Of a stretch of DNA of 64,000 bases, positions 30,248-40,472 are shown in pieces (the first letter of the stretch is position 1; the number at the start of each line of letters is the position of its first letter). Origin of the DNA: Escherichia coli O157:H7 (lineage in GTDB: Bacteria > Pseudomonadota > Gammaproteobacteria > Enterobacterales > Enterobacteriaceae); assembly GCF_013167455.1 (NCBI RefSeq), contig NZ_CP038328.1; one strand, 5' to 3'. A model generated the notes under the pieces. It worked only from the letters and a program-made list of their open reading frames with translations, made no database searches and was not told where the DNA came from. The translations under genes and the position numbers were made by a program.

Positions 30248-31528
30248 ATGAGTAAGTCTGAAAATCTTTACAGCGCAGCGCGCGAGCTGATCCCTGGCGG
30301 TGTGAACTCCCCTGTTCGCGCCTTTACTGGCGTGGGCGGCACTCCACTGTTTATCGAAAAAGCGGACGGCGCTTATCTGTACGATGTTGATGGCAAAGCC
30401 TATATCGATTATGTCGGTTCCTGGGGGCCGATGGTGCTGGGCCATAACCATCCGGCGATCCGCAATGCCGTGATTGAAGCCGCCGAGCGTGGTTTAAGCT
30501 TTGGTGCACCAACCGAAATGGAAGTGAAAATGGCGCAACTGGTGACCGAACTGGTCCCGACCATGGATATGGTGCGCATGGTGAACTCCGGCACTGAAGC
30601 GACAATGAGCGCCATCCGCCTGGCCCGTGGTTTTACCGGTCGCGACAAAATTATTAAATTTGAAGGTTGTTACCACGGTCACGCTGACTGCCTGCTGGTG
30701 AAAGCCGGCTCTGGCGCACTCACGTTAGGCCAGCCAAACTCGCCGGGCGTTCCGGCAGATTTCGCCAAACATACCTTAACCTGTACTTATAACGATCTGG
30801 CTTCTGTACGCGCCGCGTTTGAGCAATACCCGCAAGAGATTGCCTGTATTATCGTCGAGCCGGTGGCAGGCAATATGAACTGTGTTCCACCGCTGCCAGA
30901 CTTCCTGCCAGGTCTGCGCGCGCTGTGCGACGAATTTGGCGCGTTGCTGATCATCGATGAAGTAATGACCGGTTTCCGCGTAGCGCTAGCTGGCGCACAG
31001 GATTATTACGGTGTGGAACCGGATCTCACTTGCCTGGGCAAAATCATCGGCGGTGGAATGCCGGTAGGCGCATTCGGTGGTCGTCGTGATGTAATGGATG
31101 CGCTGGCCCCGACGGGTCCGGTCTATCAGGCGGGTACGCTTTCCGGTAACCCGATTGCGATGGCAGCCGGTTTCGCCTGTCTGAATGAAGTCGCGCAGCC
31201 GGGCGTTCACGAAACGCTGGATGAGCTGACAACACGTCTGGCAGAAGGTCTGCTGGAAGCGGCAGAAGAAGCCGGAATTCCGCTGGTGGTAAACCACGTT
31301 GGCGGCATGTTCGGTATTTTCTTTACCGACGCCGAGTCCGTGACGTGCTATCAGGATGTGATGGCCTGTGACGTCGAGCGTTTTAAGCGTTTCTTCCATA
31401 TGATGCTGGATGAAGGTGTTTACCTGGCACCGTCAGCGTTTGAAGCGGGCTTTATGTCTGTGGCGCACAGCATGGAAGATATCAATAACACCATCGATGC
31501 TGCACGTCGGGTGTTTGCGAAGTTGTGA
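30248..31528 (+). CDS. hemL: Glutamate-1-semialdehyde 2,1-aminomutase
   Basis: 426-aa ORF, class III PLP aminotransferase family. Confidence 0.96.
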
Positions 31529-31530
31529 TG

Positions 31531-31562
31531 ATTTTGCCTCGCCCACCGGGCGAGGCATTTTA
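31531..31562. terminator. Bidirectional terminator between convergent hemL and fhuB
   Basis: GCCTCGCCC-acc-GGGCGAGGC hairpin flanked by ATTTT on both sides; fills the whole 34-bp intergenic gap. Confidence 0.75.
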
Positions 31563-33545
31563 TTAACGGCTCTGCTTTCTCAACAAATAGATAAAATATG
31601 GCGCGCCGATAAAGGTCGACAGCAGCCCCGCCGGGATCTGGAACGGAAACAGCACCATCCGCCCACACCAGTCAGCGAACACCAGCAGTAAACCACCCAC
31701 CAGCGCCGAAATCACGATGTGCGGCATCGTCCGTCGAAAGCCCATCATCCGCGCGATATGCGGTGCCATTAAACCAACAAAACTCAACGGTCCAATGGTC
31801 ATCGTCGCGGTCGCCGTCAGGCAAGCCGCTAACAGCAGCAGCGCAATTCGCGTCGGCGTTAACGCCACCCCCACGGCCCGCGCGGTATCACCACCCAGCG
31901 GTAAAATGGTCAGCCAGCGGCGGCACAGCGGGGTAATCGCCAGCAAAATCACCATCACAATTCCGGTGCGCCAGACCTGCGCATCGGTGGCGTTGTAGGT
32001 CGAACCAGAGATCCAGGTCAGCACTTGCGCCATTCGCGGGTCACCACTCGCCTGCAACATCATTAAAAGCATGGTGAATGCGGTACTTAACGCCATCCCC
32101 GCCAGTAACATGCGGTGTGGGGAAAATCCACCGCGCCCGGCGGCGATCATAATAATCAACAGCGTCACCGCCGCACCGATACTTCCCGCGGGTAACAGCC
32201 AGCCAAAAGCATTACCCGGTACCAGAAACAGCATCAGTACCACGCCAAACGCCGCGCCAGAGCTAATCCCCAGCACTTCCGGGCTTGCCATCGGATTTCC
32301 GGTCAGCCGCTGAATAATACAGCCCGCCACCGCCAGCATGACGCCCGCAAACAGCGCCGCCATAATTCGCGGCCAGCGCCAGGGCATCAAATCCTCGAGC
32401 AACGCCCCGCTCGCCCACGTCCAGCCGTGCGCATCACGACCAAACGACAGCGCCACCACCACAGCCATCAACAGCAGCACGCCGCCCGCGAGGGCAAACG
32501 CCAGCACATGTTGGCGTTCAGCCGCGACACGATCGTTGACCTTCATATCCGGCGCGCTAATGCTGCGTAAACGCGGCAACAGCCACAGTAGCAGCGGCGC
32601 ACCGATCAACGCAGTGACCGAACCGGTGGACACTTCCATCCACACGCGAGTCAGCCAGAGGATGATTTGATCGGAAAGCCAGAGGATCAGCGCACCAATC
32701 AACGACGCCAGCATCAGTCGCGGCAGCAGACGCCGCGCCCCCAGCATTTTTGCCAGCAACGGCGCGAACAACCCGATAAAGCCGATAATCCCCACCGCGT
32801 TCACCAGCAGCGCACTGATGACAATAGCCAGCGACAGCGCCGCCAGACGCGCCAGCGACAAGGCTAGCCCGAGATTGCGCGCCACGCCATCATCAAGCCC
32901 CATCAGTGTTAACGGACGAAGTAGCAGCAACGTCAGCATCACACCGCCCAGCAACTGCGGCCATAAACGCTCAACACCGCCCCAGTCGGTTTGCGTCAGC
33001 GTTCCGGTGCTCCACAGGAACATGCTTTGCAGTTGGTCATGGTGGAAGATAACCAGTAACTGATTGATTGCCCCACAATAAAGGCTCACTACCAGCCCCG
33101 CGAGGATCAGCGTTACCGGCGAAAGCCGTTTCCCCCACGCGACGCCAAAGACGATTAAGCCAACAACGCAAGCGCCCGCCAGCGCAGCAAACTGACTCGC
33201 CATCGCCCCTGGGATCGCCCAGAGCGTAGTGACGGTAATCCCCAGTTGCGCGCCTGTAGCAACGCCAAGTGTCGTCGGTTCCGCCAGCGGATTACGCAGC
33301 ACTTGCTGAAACAGCACGCCCACCAGCCCCAGGCCTGCGCCCACCAGCAGCGAAATCGCCAGACGCGGCAGCAAGCTGTAGTGAAAAATCATCTGCTCGA
33401 TGACGTCAATATCCGGCGACCAGGCAGCCTGCGCCCACTGGCTACGCGGCAGCGCCTGCGAGAAGTTCATCCAGGTCAGCGCCGTAGCGGCAATCACCAG
33501 CAACGCCAGCAATAATGCCGGGAAAAGCGCAATACGTTTACTCAC
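31563..33545 (-). CDS. fhuB: Ferric hydroxamate ABC transporter permease (fused double permease)
   Basis: 660-aa polytopic protein with two homologous FecCD-type permease halves. Confidence 0.95.
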   Translation of the reverse strand: MSKRIALFPALLLALLVIAATALTWMNFSQALPRSQWAQAAWSPDIDVIEQMIFHYSLLPRLAISLLVGAGLGLVGVLFQQVLRNPLAEPTTLGVATGAQLGITVTTLWAIPGAMASQFAALAGACVVGLIVFGVAWGKRLSPVTLILAGLVVSLYCGAINQLLVIFHHDQLQSMFLWSTGTLTQTDWGGVERLWPQLLGGVMLTLLLLRPLTLMGLDDGVARNLGLALSLARLAALSLAIVISALLVNAVGIIGFIGLFAPLLAKMLGARRLLPRLMLASLIGALILWLSDQIILWLTRVWMEVSTGSVTALIGAPLLLWLLPRLRSISAPDMKVNDRVAAERQHVLAFALAGGVLLLMAVVVALSFGRDAHGWTWASGALLEDLMPWRWPRIMAALFAGVMLAVAGCIIQRLTGNPMASPEVLGISSGAAFGVVLMLFLVPGNAFGWLLPAGSIGAAVTLLIIMIAAGRGGFSPHRMLLAGMALSTAFTMLLMMLQASGDPRMAQVLTWISGSTYNATDAQVWRTGIVMVILLAITPLCRRWLTILPLGGDTARAVGVALTPTRIALLLLAACLTATATMTIGPLSFVGLMAPHIARMMGFRRTMPHIVISALVGGLLLVFADWCGRMVLFPFQIPAGLLSTFIGAPYFIYLLRKQSR

Positions 33546-34432
33546 GCTTTACCTCCAATGGCGTTATCCAGAACGCGCACAAAGTGCATTGCCGAGAGAG
33601 TTGCACCATAAAACCAGACTGCGGGTACGCGCTGAAAGCGTCCGGCGCGGACAAACGGCATGGCCTGCCACAGCGGCGTTGCCATTAGCGCATCCATGTC
33701 TTTGCTGTTGTCGTGATCAAAACAGAGCACATCAACGTCTTTATACGCTGCCAGACGATCGATGCTGACGGCGGTACTGCCCCAGAAGTTGGTTTCCCCT
33801 TGCCAGGCATTTGGGATGCCGTACTCATCAAGAATTTCCTGGAACAAGCTGTTTGGACCGAAGACCAGCATATGGCGCGGATCGATAAGCGTCGTCAGCA
33901 ATAACGGACGCGCACCACGCTTCACAAAGCGGGGGTTCATGCTGCGGATAAAGTCTTCATATTGCGCTAAATGCGTTTCTGCTGCGCTTTGCAGGTTAAG
34001 TAAATCCGCCATTTCCGTCAGCGATTTACGCGCCATCGCCAGCGGCTGTTTGCCGTCGCTGAAGTTAAATCCACGCCCCGGCGCAATACGAGCCAGCATT
34101 TCTGGCGAAGGACCATATCCCGCCGACCAGACCATAAACGACGGTTTCATTTCGGTCAGCAGTTCGAGGTTAGGTTCTGTACGCAAACCGACGTCAATCA
34201 CCGATTCAGGTAGTGGTGGTTCGCTGACCCACAGTCGATAGTTGATGGTGTCTGCCACGCCATAAGGCACGATGCCGAGCGCCAGTAGTAATTCCACCGG
34301 CAGCCACTCCAGCGCCACAATACGATTTGGGTCAATAGCCGCCGCGTGGGCGGTATTCATCTGCCATAACAACGGAGAAAGCGCCATCGCCGTTAACAGT
34401 CGACGGCGCGAAATAAGAGGTAAGCCGCTCAT
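33542..34432 (-). CDS. fhuD: Ferric hydroxamate periplasmic binding protein
   Basis: 296 aa from ATG at 34430-34432 (MSGLPLISRRRLLTAMALSPLL..., Tat-like signal); overlaps fhuB and fhuC. Confidence 0.92.
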   Translation of the reverse strand: MSGLPLISRRRLLTAMALSPLLWQMNTAHAAAIDPNRIVALEWLPVELLLALGIVPYGVADTINYRLWVSEPPLPESVIDVGLRTEPNLELLTEMKPSFMVWSAGYGPSPEMLARIAPGRGFNFSDGKQPLAMARKSLTEMADLLNLQSAAETHLAQYEDFIRSMNPRFVKRGARPLLLTTLIDPRHMLVFGPNSLFQEILDEYGIPNAWQGETNFWGSTAVSIDRLAAYKDVDVLCFDHDNSKDMDALMATPLWQAMPFVRAGRFQRVPAVWFYGATLSAMHFVRVLDNAIGGKA

Positions 34433-35229
34433 CAATAAACAAAACTCACAGGTGCAGCACCCGCCGGATGCGGCAGAATACCCATCGGGATGCCATAAAT
34501 CATTTCGAGGGTTTCGCCGCGCATAATTTCCGCAGGCGTTCCCTGAGCAATCATTTCACCGCCGCGCAGGGCGACCAGATAATCACAGTAACGCGCAGCC
34601 ATATTGATATCGTGCAGCACGGCAATGACCGTCAGGCCACGCTCCTGACTTAAACGGTGCACCAGCGCCAGCACATCAACCTGGTGGGCGATATCCAACG
34701 CCGAAGTCGGTTCGTCGAGCAACAGACAACGGCTATCCTGCGCCACCAGCATGGCGATCCACGCCCGCTGACGTTCGCCGCCAGAGAGGCTGTCTACCAG
34801 CCGATGCGCCAGCGGTTTTAAGCCAACCAGCGAGATAGCTTCCTCAACTTTTTCGCGATCTGCCGCACCAAAGCGCCCTAGTGCGCCATGCCACGGGTAA
34901 CGACCAATCGCCACCAGTTCACGCACGGTCATCCCTTCTGCCGGAGGAAGCTGCTGCGGCAAATAAGCCACTTTGCGGGCGAACGCTTTGCTGCTCCAGC
35001 TTTCCAGCGGCTGGGCATCAAGAAGAATCTCCCCTTCCGACGGCGGCTGATGACGGCCAAGCATTTTGAGCAGAGTGGATTTACCAGAACCGTTGTGACC
35101 AATCAGACCGGTCACTTTCCCGGCAGGAAAGGTTAACGACAGCGGATGCAAAAGCGTGCGCCCGGGCACACGAAAGGAGATATTACGCAGTGCAAAAGTG
35201 GTATCGGAATGATTCGTGTATTCCTGCAT
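34432..35229 (-). CDS. fhuC: Ferric hydroxamate ABC transporter ATPase
   Basis: 265 aa from ATG 35227-35229; Walker A GHNGSGKST, signature LSGGERQR. Confidence 0.94.
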   Translation of the reverse strand: MQEYTNHSDTTFALRNISFRVPGRTLLHPLSLTFPAGKVTGLIGHNGSGKSTLLKMLGRHQPPSEGEILLDAQPLESWSSKAFARKVAYLPQQLPPAEGMTVRELVAIGRYPWHGALGRFGAADREKVEEAISLVGLKPLAHRLVDSLSGGERQRAWIAMLVAQDSRCLLLDEPTSALDIAHQVDVLALVHRLSQERGLTVIAVLHDINMAARYCDYLVALRGGEMIAQGTPAEIMRGETLEMIYGIPMGILPHPAGAAPVSFVY

Positions 35230-35279
35230 AACAGCCAACTTGTGAAACAGGCACGGAAATCCGTGCCCCAAAAGAGAAA

Positions 35280-37523
35280 TTAGAAACGGAAGGTTGCGGT
35301 TGCAACGACCTGACGTTCTGCGCCCCAGAAGCAGCCATAAGTGTTAAAGCAGCTGGCGACGTATTCACGATCGAACAGGTTGTTAACATGCAGCGCCACG
35401 TTGGAGCCCGCCATGCCGACTCGCGCCAGATCATAACGCACTAACGCATCCACGACCGTATAACTTCCCACTTTAAAGGAGTTAGCCGGATCACCATAGC
35501 TGGAGCCAGTATAACGACCACCGGTGCCCAGCGTCAGACCTGAAAGCGGACCGTCAAAGAAGGTATAGTCAGCCCACAGCGAAGCCATGTGTTTTGGCAC
35601 CTGTGCAGGCGTATTGCCTTTATAGGTAGTATCGGTGGTGTATTCCGCATCGGTGTAAGTATAAGAACCGACTACGTTAACACTCGCCGACAGCGCCGCT
35701 TTCGCTTCGATTTCTACGCCACGTGCGCGGATCTCGCCACCTTCAACCGAGAAGAAGGAACCCTCAGGGTCCGCCATCAGGTTGTTGGTTTTAGTGAGAT
35801 TATACACGGCACCAGTAACTACAATCGGACGATCTTCCGGTACATATTTCACGCCGACTTCATACTGCTTACCTTTAGACGGTGCGAAAATATTACCATC
35901 CTTCCCAACTTGCGAAGAAGGTTCAAACGATTCGCTATAGCTAAAGTAAGGTGTTACGCCATTATCAAACAGGTAGTTAACACCACCACGCCAGGTAAAC
36001 TGTTTGTCATCACGTTTATCGGTCGTCCCGGCAACGCGGTTAAGAGATTCTTGATCTGCCCAGTCATAACGACCGCCCAGGGTGACCAGCACTTTATCCC
36101 ACTGCGCCTGATCCTGAACATAAACGCCCGTTTGTTTCTGCTTATTCAGAATGCGGTAAGGGCCGGAGTTTGCCGGATCTTTGGCATTGAAGTCGAAATC
36201 GGTATTCACCGGATTGTACAGATCGAGCAGCGGTACGGAGTCGTCGTAACCAAACCAGGCGTTGATGTCATTACGCATACGCATAAAGTCGACACCGGTC
36301 AGCAGGGTGTGGTCGATATCGCCAGTGGCAAACTTGCTCTGCAACTGGGTATCAACGGAGAAGTTTTGCAGCTTCTCATCATCAACGACGTATTTACGTG
36401 CCAGATAATGGCCTTTATCCGCTGGCGCTAATGCCGCACACTGTTTGCTGTAAGCATTCGCCGGATCGGAGCAGACGCCGTAACCATAAACGCTGTTTTG
36501 CGAGGTTTTGTTTTCAGCAAAGCGCAGGTTCTGACGCACAGTAAAGGTGTCGTTAAATTCGTGATCGAAGCTGTAGCCCACCATCTTCTCATTACGAGAA
36601 TAGGTGTTGTTCTTCGCCCCTTCGTTAAAGTCTGTCGGCAGACGCTTACCGTTCGGCAGCGGCTCAACGGTTCCCTCTTTCGGCAACCAGCCGTAATAAC
36701 CGGTTTCCGGCTCGTTCTGGAAGTAAGAAAGGAAGGTGAAATTGGTTTTATCATCCGGACGCCAGGTGAACGCCGGTGCAATAGCATAACGCTGCTCTTC
36801 TGACCCTTTCTGCTGGGCATTGGCAGAACGCGCAAGACCGGTCAGGCGATAAGAGTAAACGCCGTCATCATCCAGCGCATCGCTAAAGTCAAAACCAGTC
36901 TGGAACAGGCTGTCAGTACCGGCTTTAAACTGAACTTCTTTCAGCGGTTCGGTGGTCGGACGCTTGCTGACCATATTCAACAGGCCGCCAGGACTGCTTT
37001 TACCGTAAAGCACGGAAACCGGGCCACGCATAATTTCAGCGCGTTCCAGCATATACGGATCAATGACCGCATCGTTATAGAAGTTGCCCTGCAACTTCAG
37101 GCCATTCAGATAGTTATTCTGGCTTTGGCCTTCTGCCGCAAAACCGCGAATGATCAGGTGGTCATAGGTGTTGGATGCGCCACGCGTACCAACAGAGACA
37201 CCCGGCGTGTAGCTAAGCGCTTCTTTTACCGACTTCGGCTGATGCAGCGCCATCTCTTCGGCGGTCACAACAGAAATAGACTGTGGCACTTTTTGAATCG
37301 GCGTATCGGTTTTAGTGCCGGTAGCTGACTGTCGCGCCGCAATAGTTGCAGCAGGCCCCCATGCGCTTTCTTGCGGCGCAGGTGCAGCGGTAACGGTGAT
37401 AGTGTCTTCTTTCGGTTCAACCGCTGCCTGTGCATAAACAGACATGCCGCTAACCGCTGTGGCTACTACAACTGCGATTTTACGCAGTGAGTGTTTTGGC
37501 TGAGCAGTTTTGGAACGCGCCAT
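35280..37523 (-). CDS. fhuA: Ferrichrome outer membrane transporter (TonB-dependent receptor)
   Basis: 747-aa ORF with signal peptide, plug and beta-barrel, C-terminal ...TATFRF. Confidence 0.96.
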   Translation of the reverse strand: MARSKTAQPKHSLRKIAVVVATAVSGMSVYAQAAVEPKEDTITVTAAPAPQESAWGPAATIAARQSATGTKTDTPIQKVPQSISVVTAEEMALHQPKSVKEALSYTPGVSVGTRGASNTYDHLIIRGFAAEGQSQNNYLNGLKLQGNFYNDAVIDPYMLERAEIMRGPVSVLYGKSSPGGLLNMVSKRPTTEPLKEVQFKAGTDSLFQTGFDFSDALDDDGVYSYRLTGLARSANAQQKGSEEQRYAIAPAFTWRPDDKTNFTFLSYFQNEPETGYYGWLPKEGTVEPLPNGKRLPTDFNEGAKNNTYSRNEKMVGYSFDHEFNDTFTVRQNLRFAENKTSQNSVYGYGVCSDPANAYSKQCAALAPADKGHYLARKYVVDDEKLQNFSVDTQLQSKFATGDIDHTLLTGVDFMRMRNDINAWFGYDDSVPLLDLYNPVNTDFDFNAKDPANSGPYRILNKQKQTGVYVQDQAQWDKVLVTLGGRYDWADQESLNRVAGTTDKRDDKQFTWRGGVNYLFDNGVTPYFSYSESFEPSSQVGKDGNIFAPSKGKQYEVGVKYVPEDRPIVVTGAVYNLTKTNNLMADPEGSFFSVEGGEIRARGVEIEAKAALSASVNVVGSYTYTDAEYTTDTTYKGNTPAQVPKHMASLWADYTFFDGPLSGLTLGTGGRYTGSSYGDPANSFKVGSYTVVDALVRYDLARVGMAGSNVALHVNNLFDREYVASCFNTYGCFWGAERQVVATATFRF

Positions 37524-37554
37524 TGGTATATCTCTGATGTAAAGTGAATGATAA

Positions 37555-37595
37555 CGTAAACGAGAATGATTATTATAAAGATAAGATAATATTCG
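37555..37595 (-). promoter_or_regulatory. Fur-box region in the fhuA promoter
   Basis: Minus strand reads ...TTATAATAATCATTCTCG... and plus strand GATAAGATAATATT about 35-75 nt upstream of the fhuA ATG; resembles GATAATGATAATCATTATC. Confidence 0.55.
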
Positions 37596-37742
37596 AAACT
37601 CTGGCGGGTTCGCAAGCGGTACGCAATCTGAGCGTTCCTGAAGGGTTAATAAACAACCAGATGAAAAGAAAGGGTTAATACTTTGGGTGGGATGTTATTT
37701 TACCGGATGGCAACTCGCCATCCGGTATTTCACGCTTAGATG

Positions 37743-40277
37743 TTAATTACTACCAAACATATCCTTAATCCAACCGGCTACACCGTCGCTGTCTTTCTGC
37801 TCTTGCTGAGCAGGTTGCTGTTGCGGCTGTTGCTGCGGCTGAGAAGACTGATCAAACGGATTGCCTGACGGCTGCTGCTGCATCTCACTCTGCTGGCACA
37901 GCGATTGCGGATCGCTGGTCCAGACCGGCAAGACACGCATGCCACCGCTGCAAACAAAGTTGCCGTCGTAGTCCACGCCCATATCTGCAATATCTTCTGG
38001 CGGAACAAGATTCAGCGGCGTTGGCGTCTGGTTAGCCAGATAACGCTGATAAATCGACATTGCCCCGCTGGCTCCATACAGTTTGGTCGGCTGGTTGTTA
38101 TCACGGCCGACCCAGGTGATGGTCACCGTGCTGCCGTCAATGCCCGCAAACCAGGTATCTACGTTATTGTTGGTAGTCCCTGTTTTCCCTGCCAGATGCA
38201 GGTTCGGGTATTTCGCCCCAAGCTGACGACCCGTACCGCGTTGTACCACCTGCTGCATGGTCCATAGTGTCAGATACGCCGCCTGCGCCGGAACAGCGCG
38301 TTCCGCCTGCGGGAAGCTCTGATACAGCACTTTGCCATCTTCCGCGATTACCGAACGCAGCGCAGAAAGCGGTGCACGGTTACCACCGCTGGCGATGGTC
38401 TGGAATGCCTGCGCCACTTCGATTGGCGTTAAGTTCAACGCCCCCAGCAGCATTGCCGGAACCGGATGCAACTGATCTTTCGGTACGCCCAGTTTAATCC
38501 AGGTATCCGTAACCGCAGGCAGCCCCAGCGCCATCCCCAGATTTACCGTCGGCACGTTCATCGAACGGGTCAACGCATCCACCAGCATCACTCTGCCGCT
38601 TTCGCTATAACGACGGTCATCATTCTGCGGTGACCAGACCTGGCCATTCGGCTGACGCAGCGCAATTGGCGCATCCGCAATCCACGTATTCAGACGATAG
38701 ATTTTCGGCTGGCTTAAGGCCGTCAGATAAGTCGCTGGTTTTGCAAGGGAACCAATCGAACGACGCGCCTGCATCGCACGGTTGTAGCCCGCAAACTGCG
38801 GCTCAGAACCTCCGACCATCGCACGAACTTCACCACTAAAGCGGTCGACGACCACAATCGCAGTTTCAAGATCGCTCAACTTACGCTGTTTCTTCAGTGC
38901 CGGAATACCTTCCACGGCGGCTTTTTCTGCCGCGTCCTGGGCCACCGAGTCAAAGGTAGTGAAGATCTTCACGCCGGAGAGATCTTTTACCTTATCGCCT
39001 AATTTAGCCTGAAGCTCCTGACGCACCAGTTGCATAAAGGCTGGCTGAGGAGAGATCACCCCACCGCGCGGCTGAACCCCCAGCGGACGCGCACTCAACA
39101 TGTCATAGAGTTCTTGATCAATAATCTGTTGCTGTTGCAGCAGACGCAGTACCAGATTACGTCGCTCCAGCGCCAGTTTCGGGTTACGCCACGGGTTGTA
39201 GATGGACGCTCCTTTCACCATACCGACTAACAGCGCCTGCTGATCGAGGCTCAATTCTTCTACCGGGCGACCAAAGTAATACAAGCTCGCCAGCGGGAAG
39301 CCGCGGATTTCGTTGTCGCCGCTCTGACCGAGATACACCTCGTTCATATACAGCTCAAGAATACGGTCTTTGCTGTAACGCGCGTCCATGATCAGCGCCA
39401 TGTAGGCTTCATTCGCTTTACGCCAATAAGAGCGCTCGCTGGAGAGGAACAGGTTTTTCACCAGCTGTTGCGTCAGCGTACTCGCCCCCTGCACCGTGCG
39501 ACCTGCGGTCAGGTTTGCCAGCACCGCACGTCCGATGGAGTAGAGACTGATTCCATCATGCTCGTAGAAATGGCGGTCTTCTGTCGCCAGCAAAGTATCC
39601 ACCAGCAAATCCGGGAAACCACTGCGCGGCACAAACAAACGCTGCTCACCGTTTGGTGAGGAGATCATGGTGATCAGACGCGGATCAAGACGGAAGAAAC
39701 CGAACTGACGGTTGTTCTCCATATTGACGATGGTCGCCAGATGATCGCCATCAAAGGTCAGACGCGCGCGCACCTGCCCTTCTTTACTGTCCGGGAAATC
39801 AAACGGACGGCGAATCATCTCAATGCTGTTGGCCTGCACGGTAAATTCGCCAGGACGGGTCATTTTCGACACCTGACGATACTGTGTTGCCTCCAGCAGC
39901 TTCACCATCTCGTTCTTGCTGATGGTCATGTCTGGCTCAAGGTTGACCATTCGACCATAAACTGCCGCAGGCAGTTGCCAGACCTTGCCATCAATACGGC
40001 TACGAATTTTTTGATCGAGATAAACGCCGTAAATGGCGATCAGCACGGCAAAAACGATAGCCAGTTTTAACAGCAGCCATAGCCAGCCGCGTTTGCCACG
40101 AGGCTTACGCCCTTTGCCTTTGCCCTTACCTTTGCGCGGCATCGGTTCTTCATCCTCATAGTCATCATAATCGTCGTAATCATCGTCATCTTCGTAACGA
40201 CGACGGCTTACCTTTTGTTTGACCGGACGCGTCGGTTTCCCTTTGCGTCCAATTGGCTCGCGGTCATTCCCGGCCAT
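37743..40277 (-). CDS. mrcB: Penicillin-binding protein 1B (bifunctional glycosyltransferase/transpeptidase)
   Basis: 844 aa from ATG 40275-40277 ([14 protein letters not shown]...); acidic [15 protein letters not shown] stretch, KGKGKGKG run, single TM, Q/P-rich C-terminus; in-frame internal ATG at codon 46 (40140-40142). Confidence 0.95.
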   Translation of the reverse strand: MAGNDREPIGRKGKPTRPVKQKVSRRRYEDDDDYDDYDDYEDEEPMPRKGKGKGKGRKPRGKRGWLWLLLKLAIVFAVLIAIYGVYLDQKIRSRIDGKVWQLPAAVYGRMVNLEPDMTISKNEMVKLLEATQYRQVSKMTRPGEFTVQANSIEMIRRPFDFPDSKEGQVRARLTFDGDHLATIVNMENNRQFGFFRLDPRLITMISSPNGEQRLFVPRSGFPDLLVDTLLATEDRHFYEHDGISLYSIGRAVLANLTAGRTVQGASTLTQQLVKNLFLSSERSYWRKANEAYMALIMDARYSKDRILELYMNEVYLGQSGDNEIRGFPLASLYYFGRPVEELSLDQQALLVGMVKGASIYNPWRNPKLALERRNLVLRLLQQQQIIDQELYDMLSARPLGVQPRGGVISPQPAFMQLVRQELQAKLGDKVKDLSGVKIFTTFDSVAQDAAEKAAVEGIPALKKQRKLSDLETAIVVVDRFSGEVRAMVGGSEPQFAGYNRAMQARRSIGSLAKPATYLTALSQPKIYRLNTWIADAPIALRQPNGQVWSPQNDDRRYSESGRVMLVDALTRSMNVPTVNLGMALGLPAVTDTWIKLGVPKDQLHPVPAMLLGALNLTPIEVAQAFQTIASGGNRAPLSALRSVIAEDGKVLYQSFPQAERAVPAQAAYLTLWTMQQVVQRGTGRQLGAKYPNLHLAGKTGTTNNNVDTWFAGIDGSTVTITWVGRDNNQPTKLYGASGAMSIYQRYLANQTPTPLNLVPPEDIADMGVDYDGNFVCSGGMRVLPVWTSDPQSLCQQSEMQQQPSGNPFDQSSQPQQQPQQQPAQQEQKDSDGVAGWIKDMFGSN

Positions 40278-40375
40278 GCTTTTTCTCCGCAATATTCAGG
40301 CGCAAAAGCCCGATTTTCTGTTCTTCTGTTACAAGACAGAAGAAGATATCTCTCAAAATTTGAGCTCGATCGGTC

Positions 40376-40460
40376 CCCTCTCCCTTAAGGGAGAGGGTTA
40401 GGGTGAGGGTGAACGTGCGCGCTGGTGCCCTCACCCCGGCCCTCTCCCACAGGGAGAGGG
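40376..40460. repeat. Tandem palindromic units between hrpB and mrcB
   Basis: CCCTCTCCC-ttaa-GGGAGAGGG (40376-40397), GGGTGAGGG-18 nt-CCCTCACCC (40401-40436), CCCTCTCCC-aca-GGGAGAGGG (40440-40460); three perfect 9-bp stems with related arms. Confidence 0.7.
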
Positions 40461-40472
40461 AGAAAACCAACC

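Noticed and set aside
35589..36431. 280-aa plus-strand ORF antisense to fhuA
   Set aside because: Shadow ORF inside fhuA with no start context or recognisable domain.
40376..40460. Possible CRISPR array suggested by repeated palindromes
   Set aside because: Only three units with no regular repeat-spacer periodicity and no cas genes nearby; fits an intergenic palindromic repeat or terminator.
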